Shown here piece after piece: positions 26,206-40,950 of a stretch of 64,000 nucleotides of DNA (positions are counted from its first letter, which is position 1; every line of letters starts with the position of its first letter). Below the pieces are notes generated by a model, which had not been told where the DNA came from, made no database searches, and saw only the letters and a program-made list of their open reading frames with translations. The DNA comes from Octopus vulgaris (taxonomy: Eukaryota): positions 77,314,001-77,378,000 of the forward strand of contig OX597822.1 in NCBI GenBank assembly GCA_951406725.2, written 5' to 3'. The position numbers were made by a program, and so were the translations under genes.

Positions 26206-28949
26206 CAATAGATGCTGACCACATCCAACAATGTTGAGGCCATAGTTGTCCTTCGCCATGGAGGTGCAGAGTTCATGTACAGAGTTTTAGTGGGGATACC
26301 AGTTCACATGTGGTCCCCAATCACATGTATACACACTTTGGGATAGTGTGATCCATAACAACCCATCTTGCCGTCAATTGTCAACCTTTACAGAAGATTC
26401 ATGGACCAAGTCACCCCTGATTATCAGAGTGGTGTTGCCTGGATTTGAAGCAGGTTCTAGAGACATGCTTTAGCAAAAGCTAAGAGGTGCCTCACTCCCA
26501 GTGGTCTTCCAGCACACCAGACACCAACCTGGAATTTCTGAGGGCCTATGCTATTACTAGATAGACATTGAACCAACACTAGATTCATCTATCCTTTTGA
26601 CAGGTTTTGTTTTTAGTTCTGCTGGGTTTCTAGCAACCCTCCTCACCAGGCAAGCCTAGTGTGTGTGCTGGCTTAGTCACCAACGATCTGACCATACAAC
26701 AAGTTGTACTGGATCCCATGTTACCGTTAGCATTTGTAAGGGACGTCACAAGTGACCTGACATGATACCATTAGTGGCCAGCACATGAGCCCATAAAGTA
26801 ATCATCAGGTACAATCAAACCAACACATGTTGGCCCCTTTGAAGTACAGGTACAGTCCAGTTCATTCAACAGGCTTCTGCAGTTTTCATGTATTCATTTT
26901 CACTCACAATGCATGGGCTGTTCCCACCTGCCCTCAATTCAATAAGTAAATTACAACCAACTCCTAAATATATAACTAAGCAGCAACAAATATATATATA
27001 TATATAAATAAAATGTACTGATCCATGATAAAAAAGTAAACAAAAAAAGTACTCCATCTGGTGAGAGATACATATTATTTATTTATTATTTATTTGTGAC
27101 CTTTAAATAAATAATATATAGCACTCCACAGACATGGGTACCCTTAACACAGTTCTCGGGGGAGATACTGAGTGACACAGTGTGCCAAGGCTGGCCTCTT
27201 TGAAATACAGGTACAACAGAAACAGGAAGAAAGAGTGAAAGAAAGTTGTGGTGGAAGAGTACAACAGGGTTCGCCACAACCCCCTGTAGGGGCCTTGTGG
27301 AACTTTAGGTGTTTTCGCTCAATAAACACTCATAATGCTCGGTCTGGGAATTGAAACCACAATCCCACAACAGTGAGTCCACTGCCCTAAACACTGGGCC
27401 ATTGTGCCTTCACATGCGCTCATACAGTGCAGTGTTGTGAAGAACCTGTAGCATTTAATTCAAAATTGAAACTGATGGAGGATGTATCATCATCCCCACC
27501 CACTGCCATCACAATCATCATCATCATCTGCATCATCGTTACCATCTTCAGGTATAAAAAACCGCGACAATTATCAACAATTTTTATTAATTTTTTCATA
27601 TAAAAATTACTTTCTATTCATCTGCAGAAACCATTAATTATTATAATTTCATTAACTAGTCATTAACTAATGCAAAAAAAAAAGAAAGATAAAAGGATAA
27701 GGAAGGAAAAATACAAAAAGAATTCAGCATTATTCTAATTGCTTCGTTACAAAATGAAATTATAATTTCTTTTTTTGCTAGATTACTTAATGCTAGAGAT
27801 GGAAAGGTAATAGGGATGAAAGAAATAATGGTGATGGTGATGGTGGTGGTGGTGGTGGTGTTGGTAGCGGTGGGTGGTAGTGGTGATGATGATGATGGAG
27901 ATGGTGGTGATAAGCAGGATGATGGTGGCAGTGGTGGTGGTGATGTTGGTGATGGAGATGGTGGTGATAAAGAGGAAGGTGGTGGTGCTAGTGGTTTGGT
28001 GATGGTGGTAGTCATGATAATGTAATGCTGGTGTTGATGATAATCATACTGATAGTGATGATGATACATCCTCCATCAGTTTCAATGCCGAGCATTCAAT
28101 CATTCAGTCAGTTCAACTACCTGCTTCTGAAACTAACGTTTAAGTGGCTGAGTACTCCACAGAGTTGTGTACCTGAAATGTAATCCTATTTATGAAATCT
28201 CTGTGACCCAGTATCTGACTAGGATGGACCTTTGAAATACAGGTAAAAATAGAATCCATCTGACAAGAGTGAACCTGGGACCTTAAGATTGTAAATTGAG
28301 GGAAATTTGGCAGGATGGTCAGTCACCCACTGATATTTGTTGACGCTGCATTGAAGAAACCAAAGAACAAAAGAAAAAAGGGGAAAGAAGAAATGCATTC
28401 AACACCAGAGCTGAAGGCACCTCTGAAAGGAGCGGGGTCCCACCATGTCGAAAATTGTAGAGGAGTAGGAGCCAAAACTGGACATGGTTCCTCCTGATGA
28501 TGTCTTTGGCCACTGGATCCTATAAAGGAGCTGTTGAGGTAGCGAACCATGAAACATGGTTGGAATTCCTCCTTCCATTGTTGCAGCTTTGTAACATGTT
28601 CTTTGCTCAGGACATCATTTGTCACCTGGGACATTTCATGGTCAAAAAATTGTTTGTAAACCAATTTCTTCAAGATGAGAGGCATTCGTAAACCAAGGAT
28701 CTAATCTGTGTGTGTATGTGTACCAAGAACTCATTGAAATAGTGAAATTTCAATTTCTGGTGAATTAATGAATAAGATCCTTAGTACTCACATTCTCTTT
28801 TATTTATGTTTCTGTTCATAGACAATAAAGACACATACATTCTGGAAGTTTTTTCTCTCAGTTAGACATGATTGATTGATTGATTCTAGTTTCAGCTTAT
28901 GAGCTGTGGCCATGCTGGGGCACCGCCATTTAAACCTTTTTCTTTTCAA

Positions 28950-29346
28950 AGCAGCAAGCTGGCAGAAACATTAGCACGCCAGGCGAAATGCTTAGCGGTA
29001 TTTCGTCTGCTGCTACGTTCTGAATTCAAATTCGGCTGAGGTCGACTTTGCCTTTCATCCTTTCGAGGTCAATTAAATAAGTACCAGTTACGCATTGGGG
29101 TTGATATAATCGACTTAATCCGTTTGTCTGTCCTTGTTTGTCCTCTCTGTGTTTAGCCCCTTGTGGGTAGTCAAGAAATAGGTATTTTGTCTGTCTTTAC
29201 ATTCTGAGTTCAAATTCCACCTAGGTCGACTTTGCTTTTCATCCCCTCAGGCTCAATTCATTAAGTACCAGCTGCATTCTGGGGTCGATCTAATTGACTG
29301 GTTCCTTCCCCCCAAATTTCAGGCCTTACTCTTAGAGTAGAAAAGA
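28950..29346 (+). mobile_element. Dimeric SINE family B copy with TSD
   Basis: TTTAAACCTTTTT flanks both sides (~28929 and ~29347), and the B-box/core region is duplicated internally. Confidence 0.85.
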
Positions 29347-30012
29347 TTTAAACCTTTTTTTTTTTATGTACTTGAAAACTCAAGCCTTATGGAACTTGGG
29401 TTTTATGTAAGAAAGAAACACAACTCTGGTAGATAAGATTTCCTAATTATTCACCATCATCATCATTTAATGTCCATTTTCCATGATGGAATGGTGCTGA
29501 ATGGTTTGATGGAAGCTGGCTAGGCCAGGAGCCATACCAAATTCCATTGTCTACTTTGGTTTCATCTCTTCAGCTGGATGTCCTTCCTAAAGCCAACCAC
29601 TTGACAGAGTGTACTGGGTGCTTTTTATGTGGCACCAACACCAAAGCTTTTTATATGGTACCATTATCAGAACCTTTCATATGACACCAGTACCTGTGCT
29701 TTTTAGGTGCTACCAACACTGATAAGGTCACCAAGTACCTTACAAGGCAAAAATGTTTCTGGTGGGGGTGGGGAATACTATTGATGGGGTGTGGTTTTGT
29801 TCCACTTGAGGAATTTAAGGTACATTTAGGTGTCTAACTGTAGGGTGGATGCATAGATACCCCAGTTGGTAGCTACCCTAGTTGGAAAACAAAAGAGAAG
29901 GATACTGAGAAAAACGATGGGTTATTAGAATCAATTTCTAGGATTTATTTCTTATTTGATTTTTCCATTCACATCTTCCAGGAAGAACTAAATAATAATA
30001 ATAATAATAATA

Positions 30013-30159
30013 ATGGCTTCACAGTCAGAAGACTTCCAGTTGAAAACCTATGAATCTGTAGCAGAAAATTTCATCAAACTCTGTCGAGAGCATTCCAACA
30101 TCAGTGGTTATTCCAAGCTGGAGAAAAAATGTCGAGCTGAGCTGAAGTTCTTGGAAAAG
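30013..30159 (+). CDS. C7orf25: First coding exon of a UPF0415/C7orf25-like protein (MASQSEDFQLKTYESVAENFIKLCREHSNISGYSKLEKKCRAELKFLEK)
   Basis: Acceptor TTTTCCATTCACATCTTCCAG ends at 29981, an in-frame TAA lies upstream of ATG 30013, and a perfect phase-0 donor AAG|GTAAGT sits at 30160. ISGYSKLEKKCRAELKFLEK resembles the C7orf25 N-terminal [20 protein letters not shown] (from memory, needs BLAST). The ORF-track extension past 30159 runs into SINE sequence. Confidence 0.8.
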
Positions 30160-31909
30160 GTAAGTCATTGCAATAAAATATTGCTTTCTCTCACTTGTTT
30201 CAGTCATTTGACTGCGGTCATGCTGGAGCACTGCTTTGAAGAATTTTTGGTTGAATGGATCAACCTTAGGACTTTTTTTTTTGTTTTTCTAAGCCCAGTA
30301 CTTTTTCTATCAGTCTTTTTTGCTGAACTGCTAAGTTACAGGGATGTAAACACACCAACACCGGTTGTCAAGTGGTGGTGGACAAACACAGTCACAAAGG
30401 CATATACACACACACGTTTTTTGCATTTCTTTTATTCTTTAATTTGTTTCAGTCAAGTGAGTGAGCCATGCTGGAGCATCGCCTTTAGTCAAACAAATCA
30501 ACCCGAGGACTTATTCTTTGTAAGCCTAGTACTTATTCTATCAGTTTCTTTTGCTGAACCGCTAAGTTATGGAGACATAAACACACAAACATTGGTTGTC
30601 AAACAATTTTTTAATATTTTTTGATCACTGTCTTGGAAATAAGCTTATGAAAAATATTTTTTAAATTTATGATTTGGTTATAAATGAATATCAGCTTATT
30701 ACATCCATATTTTCATATAAGAGAATAGTTAATTTAGTTGGACTTGAATCCACTGTCCTATTGGATGAAGTGTAGTAGGTGCCACTCTGAACTGTGAATT
30801 CTCTAAAAAGCACATCAATAATATAGGCACAGGCAGAGCTGTATATTTTAAAATCTGGTTCTTGGTTTAGGCCATGCCAAGCTTCTTGGGCAAGGGTCTT
30901 CTTATGCAGGCTCGAGTTAACACTTTGAGTAAAAGATGGTAGGTAGAAATGGTATAGAAGTCAATTGCATGTGTGTGTGTATTTGAATATCTATATACAC
31001 ACATATATGCGTGTGTGTGTTTACATTTATAACCAGTGATGTTGGTGTACTGTAGCAAATGGTCTGACAAATATATACATTGATAAAATAAAATATGTAC
31101 CAAACTTTAAAATATGTACAGGGGTTGATATGCTTCACTGAGCCCTTGATAGTGCCCCAGCATGACCAGAATCCAAAACCAAATAACAAAACTAAATGAA
31201 TCAAAGCATATACATGCATAGATATACCATTTTTTTATTTATATTTGTGTATCTGCAATAATTACTTTTGGAGGTAATTGCAACAATTACCTTGTAACGA
31301 AGTGCTGTCACAGGCTTAGTGATGTCTTGATATCCTGCCTTCTGCCTCTCCATCTTCAAGTTTATATCTCTTCATCTTTACCTGCTTTCTCTTTCATATA
31401 CATCTCTCTCTCTCTCTCTCTCACTTCCTCTCCCTCAGCATCTTTCTCTATTCAAGTTACATCTTTTAGCATTAGACAAACAAGTGAGAATGTACAGTTG
31501 TATTAATATATTGTTGTAACTCATTACATCAGATAAAGCTTCTCAATTTATTTCCTAAATGCGATATTTATTACATTAAGTTCTCAAGTTTTCACTTAAA
31601 TGTATTTCTATTCTTAGTCAACCCAAGATTAATAATCAGATGTTGTCATTGTAAATCATTCTCTTCATAATTATGTGTAACAGGATATATTGATGTGGAT
31701 GTCATTCATCCATCCATCCATCTGATCATAACTCAAGCCAGAGCATGACACTTCAGGTTATTCTGCCATTCAACCCAGTTATTTAGCTCTTCCATAATAT
31801 ATATATATATTATAAAGTAAGAGCAGGAAAATTACATCAAAAAGTCATCACAGAAGATATACGTCCAAAATAATATTGTATTAATTATTTAAAAGGTTAT
31901 TTTATAATA

Positions 31910-32073
31910 GGCGTAGGAGTGGTGGCTGGTAAGTAGCTTGCTTACAAACCACATGGTTCCGGGTTCAGTCCCACTGCGTGGTACCTTGGGCAAGTGTCTT
32001 CTACTATAGCCTTGGGCCGACCAAAGCCTTGTGAGTGGATTTGGTTGACTGAAACTGAAAGAAGCCCATCATA

Positions 32074-32114
<41 letters not shown>

Positions 32115-32337
32115 GTGTGTGTGTGTATGTTTGTGTGTCTGTGTTTCTCCCCCCAACATCGCTTAACAACTGATGCTAGTGTGTTTACATCCCCGTAATG
32201 TAACTTAGTGGTTCAGCAAAAAAGACTGATAAAATAAATACTAGGCTTACAAAGAATAAGTCCTGGGGTCGATTTGCTTAACTAAAGGCGGTACTCCAGC
32301 ATAGCCACAGTCAAATGACTGAAACAAGTAAAAGAAT
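31910..32337 (+). mobile_element. SINE family A, full-length
   Basis: GGCGTAGGAGTGG..GGTTCCGGGTTCAGTCCC..CCTTGGGCAAGT (CORE-like)..internal (TA)n(TG)n..GAAACAAGTAAAAGA. Further copies at 30185-30600(-), 34450-34610(-), 37265-37642(+), 41866-42276(+), 48705-49110(+), 54075-54785(+), 57970-58695 (three pieces) and 59322-59707(+). Confidence 0.9.
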
Positions 32338-35300
32338 ATATAAACAATTGTTCTGTGTTTAATGTGGTTGAATTACGGATGGCAAACCAAATGCTGTGGG
32401 CTAGGTGCGTGACTCAGTGGTTAGAGTGCCAGACTGACAATCATGAGGTAGTGAGTTTAATTCCCAGGTCGGATTGTGTGTTGTGTTCTTCAGCAAGGCA
32501 TTTTATTTCACGTTGATCCAGTTCACTCAGCTGTAGAAATGAATTGCGATATCACTGGTGCCACGCTGTATTGGCCTTTGCCTTTCCCTTGGATAACATC
32601 AGTGGTGTGGAGAGGGGAGGCTGGTACGCATGGGTGACTGCTGGTCTTCCATAAACAACCTTGCTTGGACTTGTGCCTCAGAGGGAAACTTTCTAGGTGC
32701 AATCACATGGTCATTCATGACCGAAGGGCAAGCTAAGGGGGGAATCCAAATAAGAATAAGTCTGCTTGGCACAATCATTGTTATTAATTTGGTTACAAAT
32801 TTGGCACATCATCATCATTTAACGTCCGTTTTCCATGCTGGCATGGGTTGGACAGTTTGACTGAGGTTTGGAGAGCCATCGGCTGCACGAGGCTCCAGTC
32901 TGATCTGGCTATATTTCTACAGCTGGATGCCCTTCCAAGAGTGTAGTGCATGCTTTTTATGTGCTAGCAGCACAGGAGCCAGTACGGTGGCCTTTGCATT
33001 GCTCATGTTCGGACAGTGGCATGGGAGACATTCAGGGAGTACTGGCAACGACCATGTTTGAATGGTGCTTTTTACATGCCACCAGCACAGGAGCCAGTCA
33101 GGGGGCACTGGGGATGGCGGGGAAGATGCAAATTGATTACATCGATCCCAGAGCTCAGCTGGTACTAATTTTATTGATCCAATAAAGATGAAAGGCAAAG
33201 TTAACCTCAGCAGAATTTGAACTCAGAACATTTTGCTTGGCATGTTAATGATTCTGCCAGCTGGCTGCCTTCTGTATTGGTTTCAAAATTTGGTACAAGG
33301 TCAGTTATTTATGGGGCAGAGCTAAGTTGATCACATAAACCCCTCAATGCTCAACTGTTTCTTATTTCATTGACTCTGAAACGATGACAGTCAATGTCAG
33401 CCTTGGCAGAATTTGAACGTAAAGACGGACGAAATTCCTCTTAGCATTTCGCCCAGCATGCTAACACTTCTGCCAGTTCACTGCCTCATGACTAAGAAAA
33501 TATTGTAAACAAGCCAAAATATCATAGACTGTTAGCACAAACTTATGAAAATTGCTTATGATGGATCAGTAGGTATGTGGAAAAGTCACATTATCTCATT
33601 ATGTCTCCTTTCCCAGCTTACATAACCCGCATGATAGGTGTCTTATATTATTTAATGAATCTTATTGATAGGGGTGTGCCTTGTATGCAATTACGGTAGT
33701 TTCATACACCTTTTTCTAGAATCTTCAAATTTTTTTAACCTAATAAATCCTTATACTCTTAATTTTTCTGTCAAGATATATAACATTAATTTTACTTAGC
33801 TACCAAAAATATTTTCTTCAGCTTTTTTTTTTAATATTTTTAATTCAATAGTTTTGTACGTCTTTATTCATATATAATTTCTAAACCTTTTTACTTGATT
33901 TTTTTTTCCCCCCCTGATTCAGGCCAACAAATAACAACTCATAACTCAAGTGTTAGATTAAAATGTCAGCTATTTTTCAGCATTACCTTGTTGAAAGATT
34001 TCAAATTTTGGGGGAGGATTTTTTTCCGACAGTAAGAATGTTTTAATCAAGTTTACATTAAGCATCTCTCTGTCTCACTCACATGTGTGGTGGAATGGTT
34101 GTGTGGTTAAGAAGCTCAGTTTGTAACCTTATGGTTTTTGGTTCAGTTCCACTGCATAGCTCAGGCCTACCAGTGCCTTGGGAGTGAATTTTATAGACAG
34201 AAACTGTGTGGAAGTCTGTTCATCATCATCATTATGATCATTTAATGTCCGTTGTCCATGCTGGTATTGGTTTGGGCAGTTTGACCAGAGGTGGCAAGCT
34301 GGAGAGCTGCACCTGTATCCAGTCTGATTTTGCATGGTTTCCATGGCTGGATGCCCTTCCTAATACCAAACATTTTTACCATGTGTGTTGGCTGCTTTTA
34401 TATGACACTACACAGGTGATTTTATGTGAACCCTCACGGGTCCTTTTTATTCCTTTATTTATTTATTCGTTTCAGTCCGTGGCCATGCTGGAGCACCACC
34501 TTTAGTCGAACACCTTGACCCCAGGACTTATTCTTTGTAAGCCTAGTACTTACTCTATCAGTCTCTTTTGCAGAACCGCTAAGCTATGGGGATGTAAACA
34601 CACCAACATCGTTTGTAAAAACCACCATTTGAGTGTGATCGTTACCAGCATCGCCTTACTGGCTCTCGTGCTGGTTGCATGTGAAAAACATTCAAACAAG
34701 GTTGTTGCCAGTACCGCTAGACTGGCTCCTGTGCAGGTGGCACATAAAAAAACACCATTTGAGTGTGGGTGTTGCCAGTATCGCCTGATTGGCCCTCGTG
34801 TCGGTGGCACGTAAAAGCACCCACTACACTCTCGGAGTGGTTGGCGTTAGGAAGAGCATCCAGCTGTAGAAACTTTGCCAGATCAGATTGGAGCCATCTG
34901 GTTCGCCAGTCCTCAGTCAAATCGTCCAACCCATGCTAGCATGGAAAGCAGATGTTAAACGATGATGATGGTGACTCTAGGCACAAGGTCTGAAATTTTG
35001 AGGGAGGGGCCTGTCAATTAGATCGACCCCTGTATGCAACTGGTACTTAATTTATCGACCCAGGAAGGATGAAAGGCAAAGTCAACCTTGGTGGAATTTG
35101 AACTCAGAACATACGAAATAGCGCTAAGCATTTTGCCTGGTGGCCAACATTTCTGCCAGCTCGCCGCTTTCTGCAAATATTCTTTTCTACTCTAGACACA
35201 AGGCCTGAAGTTTCTGGAGAGGGGCCAGTTGATTAGATCGATCCCAGTATGCAATTTATCAACCCCAAAAAGAGGAAAAGCAAAGTCGACCTCGACTGAA

Positions 35301-38068
35301 TTTGAACTCAGAATGTAAAGACATTTTGCTCGGTGTGCTAACGTTTCTGCCAGCACACTACCTTCTGCAATTATTGGAAATATTCTGGCCATGGGGAAGC
35401 ATCACCTTGCTTGGAAACGGCAGAAGGTTGGTGATGGGAAGATCATTCACCCAGAGAAAATCAGTTTCAGCAAATTCCTTCTGACCCATGCATCCCATGG
35501 ATTACATTAGATTGTCTTGCCTATGTTCAGTCCACTGCAGGATGAAGGCCTCAGTATGTTCTCTCTATCAACCACAGTCTGATGTGAAGGCCATGAATTT
35601 GAGCTTGTGGCCATACTAGTTTCATGAGCCTACTCTGCTACACAGGTTTGACATTGCTTGGCACATGGATATACTTTTTATTCTCTTATCCAACTGTCAT
35701 TAAATCAATTACACTGACCCCAGTGCTCAATAAGTGCTTATTTTATCAGCCCTGAAAGAATGATGGGCAAGGCTGACCTTGGCAGGATTTGAACTCAGGA
35801 CATGAAGACAGATGAAATACTGTTGAGCATTTCATCTGGTGTGCTAACGATTCTGCCAGCTTACCACCTGATGATGAGGATGATGATAATTTCAATTCTT
35901 TGATCGTAATTTGATACATCTGTTTTGCATAACTTCAAAGCTACCGTTGCCTTCCTTGTCTTTGTATAATTAAAACCACCTACATCTTGTCATGTTTGTT
36001 TGTATCTGTGTGTGTATGTTTGTGGAGAGAGAGAGAGAGAGGGAAAGGGAATAAAAATAAAGATAAAAAAATTTATTGGAAGGAATGAAAAAGCACACAC
36101 ATACAAACATTCATAAAAATTAAATTCTAATTTTTGTCTGTCTAATTAAAAATTTGATAATTGAAAATCGTATTGTAGTGTTTCAATTATTGCCGCAGAC
36201 CTAGAAGGATGACAATAAACTAATTATCACCATCATCGTTATTTCATTTACATTATTATTATTTTATAAAAGAATCATCATCATCATCATCATTTAACGT
36301 CTGCTTTCCATGCTGGCATGGGTTGGACAGTTTGATGGAGGACTGGCAAGCCAGGAGGCCATGCCAGGCTTCAATCTGCTGGAGCCTCGTGGAGCTTTAG
36401 GTGTTTTCACTCAATAAACACACACAACGCCCGGTCTGGGAATCGAAACTGTGATCCTCCGACCGTGAGTCCGCTGCCCTAACCACTGGGCCATTGCACC
36501 TCCACATTATTATTATTAGTAGTAGTAAAGGAAGGGAGCTGGTAGAATCCTCATTGTGTCAGACAAAATGCTTAGCAGTGTTTCTTTTGGCTTTTTATAT
36601 TCTGAGTTCAAATACCTTTGAATTCAGAATATAGAGATCAACTTTGCCTTTCATCCTTTTGGGGTCAATGAAATAAGTACCAGTTATGCACTGGGGTTGA
36701 TGTAATCGACTAGCCCCCTTTCACCCCAAATTTTCAAGGCCTTGTGCCTAGAGTAGAAATAATTATTATTGTGTTGGGCCTCACAGAGGCAGGGTGGCTG
36801 AGTTCCTTTTGAGTGTTGGGCCTCATGGAGGCAATGACCAAGACCTTTGGCATTATGTCATGATTGAGAAGAAGACCCATCAAGCTGAGCAAAATCACAG
36901 TCATGGCAGATGCCAGTGGCATGTAAATGCACCCTGGTGTCATGCAAATGGCACGTAAAGACACTCATTACACTCTTGGAGTGGTTGCCATTAGGAAGGA
37001 CATCCAGCCATAGAAAACCATGCCAAATTAGACTGGAGTCTGATGCAACCTTCCAGCATGTCACCCCCAGTCAAACCGTCCAACCCATGCCAGCATAGAC
37101 AATGGACATTAAATGATGATGATGACGATGTTGATGATGATGATTACTAATAAGACATTTCTAATAGACAGAAAATAATTAATCTTCATTAAAATCATAG
37201 AATATCTATTTTTGTTTTTCTTCTGCATTGCGTGTTAGTAATTTCACTATCACAACAGAACGTAGGCTTAGGAGTGGCTGTGTGGTAAGTAGCTTGCTTA
37301 CGAACCACATGGTTCTGGGTTCAGTCCCACTGCATGGTACCTTGGGCAAGTGTCTTCTATTATAGCCTCGGGCCGACCAAAGCCTTGTGAGTGGATTTGG
37401 TAGACGGAAACTGAAAGAAGCCTGTTGTATATATGTATATATATGTGTGTCTGTGTTTGTACCCCAACATCGCTTGACAACCGATGCTGGTGTGTTTAGG
37501 TCCCTGTAACCTAGAGGTTCGGCAAAAGAGACTGATAAAATAAGTACTAGGCTTACAAAGAATAAGTCCTGGGGTTGATTTGCTTGACTAAAGGCGGTGC
37601 TCCAGCATGGCCACAGTCAAATGACTGAAACAAGTAAAAGAGAACAGAACAGAGAGAGAGTGTGAGCGCGAAATATTGTTCTTAGTGTTTACATACAGGG
37701 TAACTATTTTCGGTGAGTTCTACCTTGCAGAGGGGTTCTAATAGTTGCTAGTATTTGTGAAGGTGCATGGCTTAATGTTTAAGGCATTTGGCTCACAATT
37801 GTATGGTTGTGAGTTCTCTTCCTGGCAGTTCATTGTGTTCTTGTGCAAAATACTTTATTTCATGTGACTCCAGTCAACTCAGCTGACAAAAATGAGTTGT
37901 GCCTGTAATTACATAGGGGCCAGTCTTGCCACATTCTGTGTCATTCTGTTCTCCCTGAGAACTATATTAAGGGTACGCATGTCTGTGGAGTGCTCAGCCA
38001 CTTGCATGTTAATTTCACAAGCAGGCTGTTCCATTGATCACATCAGCTGGAACCTTCGTCATTTAACT

Positions 38069-38346
38069 CAATGGTTCCCACACTTTCTTGGGCTGACACT
38101 CAGGCCACATTCTTAGCGTCCCCCATCCAGACTGACCATCGCAAGCATAGACCTCTTTCTGGAGTAAATTCAAAGCAACTGTGTTTCACAAATAAAAACT
38201 TAACCTAACGGACCCATTATTTTGTTGTTTTTACATGAATCACTTCCCCCATTATTACCCCACTTTTTACATGAATTGCTACCCCATTTTTGTCCCACTT
38301 TTCTTCAACGCCGGGGGGACAATACTGCCCACTTTGGGAACCACTG
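38069..38346. mobile_element. hAT-type MITE
   Basis: TIRs CAATGGTTCCCCA / TTGGGAACCACTG. Confidence 0.6.
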
Positions 38347-38569
38347 AGAGGGAGCCAAGCTGATAAGCGCATGTGAGTTATATTGTTTTATTACTTACAA
38401 TGCTGGCCCTTGTGAATTACAGGTACCACTCACTTTTTCCAGCTGAGTGAACTGGAGGAGTACCTTGTAAAAACGTGCTGCTGGTTTTGGAACCCACAAT
38501 TGTAAGCCAAATACCCTAACCACTAAGCCACGCACCAGCAGATACCAGCTGACTATTGCATAATCTATT

Positions 38570-38847
38570 GTTATACAAACATACACAGATAACAACATAT
38601 GCACATACACACTCAAACACTGTCACATATTGTTACGTACACTTACCAACAGTCTATTCGTTTTATGCATACACACATGCATACATATATAAATACACAC
38701 ATGCACAGGTATCAGCAGAGAATTGCACAAACGTTCACAGATAACAACTCACACACATACACACACACACACAGATATCAGCAGACATTCCACACGCAGT
38801 CTGTATGTTAAACATACAGATACCAACATACACATTCAGTTATTGTT

Positions 38848-38884
<37 letters not shown>

Positions 38885-39215
38885 GTCTCACACAGTTATA
38901 TGCACACACAAACACACACAGTCTCATACAGTTACACTCACACACACACACAGTGTCTCACACACAAATATGCAGTTCCATACAGGTACACATGCACGCA
39001 CACACACGTACACACAGTTTCATACAGTTACAAGCAACACACATACAGACACACAATCTCGTACAGTTATGCGTGCACACACACACACACACACACACAC
39101 ATACAGTCTCGTACACACACAGTCTCATACAGTTACGTGTACACACACAAACACTGAAACACCCAGTCTCATACAGTTACACGCATGCACACACACACAC
39201 ACACACAGATATTAG
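38570..39215. repeat. (CA)n-derived compound minisatellite with recurring CAGTCTCATACAGTTAC
   Basis: Direct inspection. Confidence 0.8.
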
Positions 39216-39411
39216 CAGACAATCAGCATCATATTTTTAATTAATTTATTATTTATTGAAATGCTAAAACCTTTGTGGGGCTCGGTGAGGGAGGAGGAGG
39301 GTATAGTGACTATAGCAGACTGACAGGTCGTGATAAACTGATATGTCAGTCTTACCAAACCAATTTCATTAATACAGATTGAATTTTGTAATATGTAAAG
39401 GTGGTCATATA

Positions 39412-39626
39412 CTCTTTACTCTTTTACTTGTTTCAGTCATTTGACTGCGGCCATGCTGGAGCACCGCCTTTAATCGAGCAACTCGACCCCGGGATTTATT
39501 CTTTTGTAAGCCCAGTACTTATTCTATCGGTCTCCTTTGCCGAACCGCTAAGTAACGGGGACATAAACACACCAGCATCGAGTGTCAAGCAATGCTAGGG
39601 GGATAAACACAGACACACAAACACAG

Positions 39627-39677
<51 letters not shown>

Positions 39678-39842
39678 CATATATACGACGGGCTTCTTTC
39701 AGTTTCCGTCTACCAAATCCACTCACAAGGCTTTGGTCGGCCCGAGGCTATAATAGAAGACACTTGCCCAAGGTGCCACGCAGTGGGACTGAACCCGGAA
39801 CCATGTGGTTGGTAAACAAGCTACTTACCACACAGCCACTCC
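39412..39842 (-). mobile_element. SINE family A, young CpG-intact copy
   Basis: Near reverse complement of 59322-59707, with CpGs retained. Confidence 0.9.
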
Positions 39843-40639
39843 AACAAACAGGGGTCATAAGAGAAGATGACTTATGAAACAATATACTATCTGATATGTA
39901 TTCATTGCATTGTAATACTTTTTTTCTTTTCATATATTGTATTAATGTATATTGGAGATAATCACATCTTCATAGTATTTGGCGGAATTAGAAGCTTCAA
40001 TTTGAAATTAAGGGAAAAGTTGCATAGAATACACATCTTTTATGGTTGGGTTTTGGTTTGGTTATCTATTTGTTTGCATTCTTGTTAATCATTCTCAGAA
40101 AATCTTTTATTTAGAGGATTATTTGTATTTTCAATCCTCACATTCTGCTTATTTTCATACCAAATATTCATATTTGTATCGTTTCTTTATTTCCTTTAGA
40201 AATATATTGTCATCAATTTGTTCACACAATGAGTAGAAGACATCTTGTTTTTTTTTCCCTGAAGGGCTTCCGTAACAATATCTGGATGAATTTCCTTAAT
40301 CTCCCTGACTGCATGAATTGGCTTGTCTTTTGTCATTCTAAGAGACTTTTTAAAATGTATGTTTGTACCATCACTTTCCCGTGAGTAGTTTATGAAGTTG
40401 GCATCATTTCCACATCACTACTCTATCTCACACTCTATCATATCTGTGTGTGCATGTGCATGCATGAACATGCGTGTGTGTGTGTATATATATAGGTGAG
40501 AAGTTCCAGACAGTATTTAATGCTGAGGAGCAAGTGTTGTTTATGGTTATTGCAGCCGTCATTTCACATTTTGTAATCAAATTTCATATTCCCAGTCGTC
40601 AAACTGGACATTCTTCCTGTGTATGGAACTCCCAGTGGC

Positions 40640-40950
40640 ATCATCCTTGGAAATTGGGAAGAAACAATTGGCGACATTATTTCTGGCAAATACTGACCAA
40701 CTGTAGCCAATGTGATTAATTGTTTCTTCCTAATTTTCACACATTCTACAGTAATAGAAAAGAAAAAGAAAAGAAGAAACAGATATTCCATTAATTTCAT
40801 CCAGACTGTAATTACTTTCCATCTGTAAGAAATTCTGTTTCATTAAATGCATATAATGGTTTGTGGAGGGCAGGCTTTTATTTGGTACCACAATCAAGAA
40901 TCCTTCAATCTTAGGTTCATGTCTTGCACTTCTCAACCAGTTTGGCAAAT
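40640..40950 (-). mobile_element. Ancient remnant of an R4/NeSL-type (restriction-like endonuclease) non-LTR element
   Basis: Minus strand gives WLRSARHEPKIEGFLIVV..SLPSTNHYMHLMKQN, then CRMCEN*EETINHIGYSWSVFA. This resembles W L..G.L..ETEGFLIAAQDQ and the CRxC..ETIxHIxSxC knuckle. Confidence 0.6.

Noticed and set aside
27656-28069. Pro/Thr- or Gly/Asp-rich ORFs (also 46027-46664)
   Set aside because: (GGT/ACC/GAT)n low-complexity tracts open in several frames, with no splice support.
30160-30624. C-terminal 154 aa of the 203 aa ORF
   Set aside because: It lies past a perfect splice donor and is antisense SINE A sequence.
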